Assembly: GCA_035084275.1 (NCBI GenBank)
Contig: CM068760.1
Span: forward strand, 7,688,001 to 7,752,000
Direction: 5' to 3'
Length of the DNA stretch: 64,000 nucleotides
DNA from: Hydrolagus colliei
Lineage: Eukaryota
The notes under the pieces are model-generated. The model was not told where the DNA came from. It saw only the letters and a program-made list of their open reading frames with translations, and ran no database searches. A program made the translations under genes and the position numbers. Shown here piece after piece: positions 63,601-64,000 of the stretch. How positions within the stretch are numbered: position 1 is the first letter of the stretch; each line of letters opens with the position of its first letter.

Positions 63601-64000
63601 AAAGCAAAATAAATAAATTCAATAAATGGTTTGTTTATTTCAGATCTCAATTATTACGCATTTGAAATACAGAAAATAAACCACTGAGTACTGTTGCTAA
63701 CCCAATACCAATTAGGTATTTATACTTACCACTACCTAAAGCATGTTTTTCCATTTGCTGTGTTGTTGTTTTTATATATATACATATACACTACAGTATA
63801 TAAAAAAATACATCATTGTAATTGTTGTATTATACTGTTACTTACCTCAGAGCCGAGATGCACCTGCTTGCAAGGTACACCTGTGTATATGTTTTAAAAA
63901 CAATTAAAAACTTGGCTAAATTGGAAGTGCATTGTTTTTATCAAATGTTGGACTCCTTCCAGTTTTGTCAATTTTCTCAGTTAAAACCCTCCTAACAGGA

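Noticed and set aside
1-64000. ORF-track entries as host protein-coding genes
   Set aside because: All are short. They are mostly SINE, microsatellite or LINE-fossil read-throughs, and I could not assemble a recognisable multi-exon gene.
1-64000. CRISPR-like or regularly spaced repeat array
   Set aside because: The recurrent motifs are irregularly dispersed SINE/L2 tails in both orientations, with no repeat-spacer periodicity.

Overview
Non-coding vertebrate DNA; the repeat families suggest a cartilaginous fish, probably a chimaera such as Callorhinchus (inference). I found no confident host gene, RNA gene or CRISPR array. The visible layer is young repeats: many copies of a tRNA-derived SINE with an L2-type 3' tail, older Deu-domain SINEs, L2 and CR1 3' ends, a Penelope-type palindrome with a 14-bp target duplication, and microsatellites. 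Manual six-frame reading across stops and frameshifts shows that most of the apparently unique DNA between them is a hidden layer of deeply eroded non-LTR retrotransposons. About 14 elements are visible (CR1-like, Crack-like, RTEX-like, R4-like, L1/Tx1-like). Several are near full length and lie almost end to end from about 17.6 to 48.4 kb. One carries a degenerate OTU-protease-like domain, and another an apparent IMPACT/YigZ-like domain in ORF1. These calls rest on colinear motif recognition by eye; boundaries are approximate and clade labels need HMM or phylogenetic confirmation.
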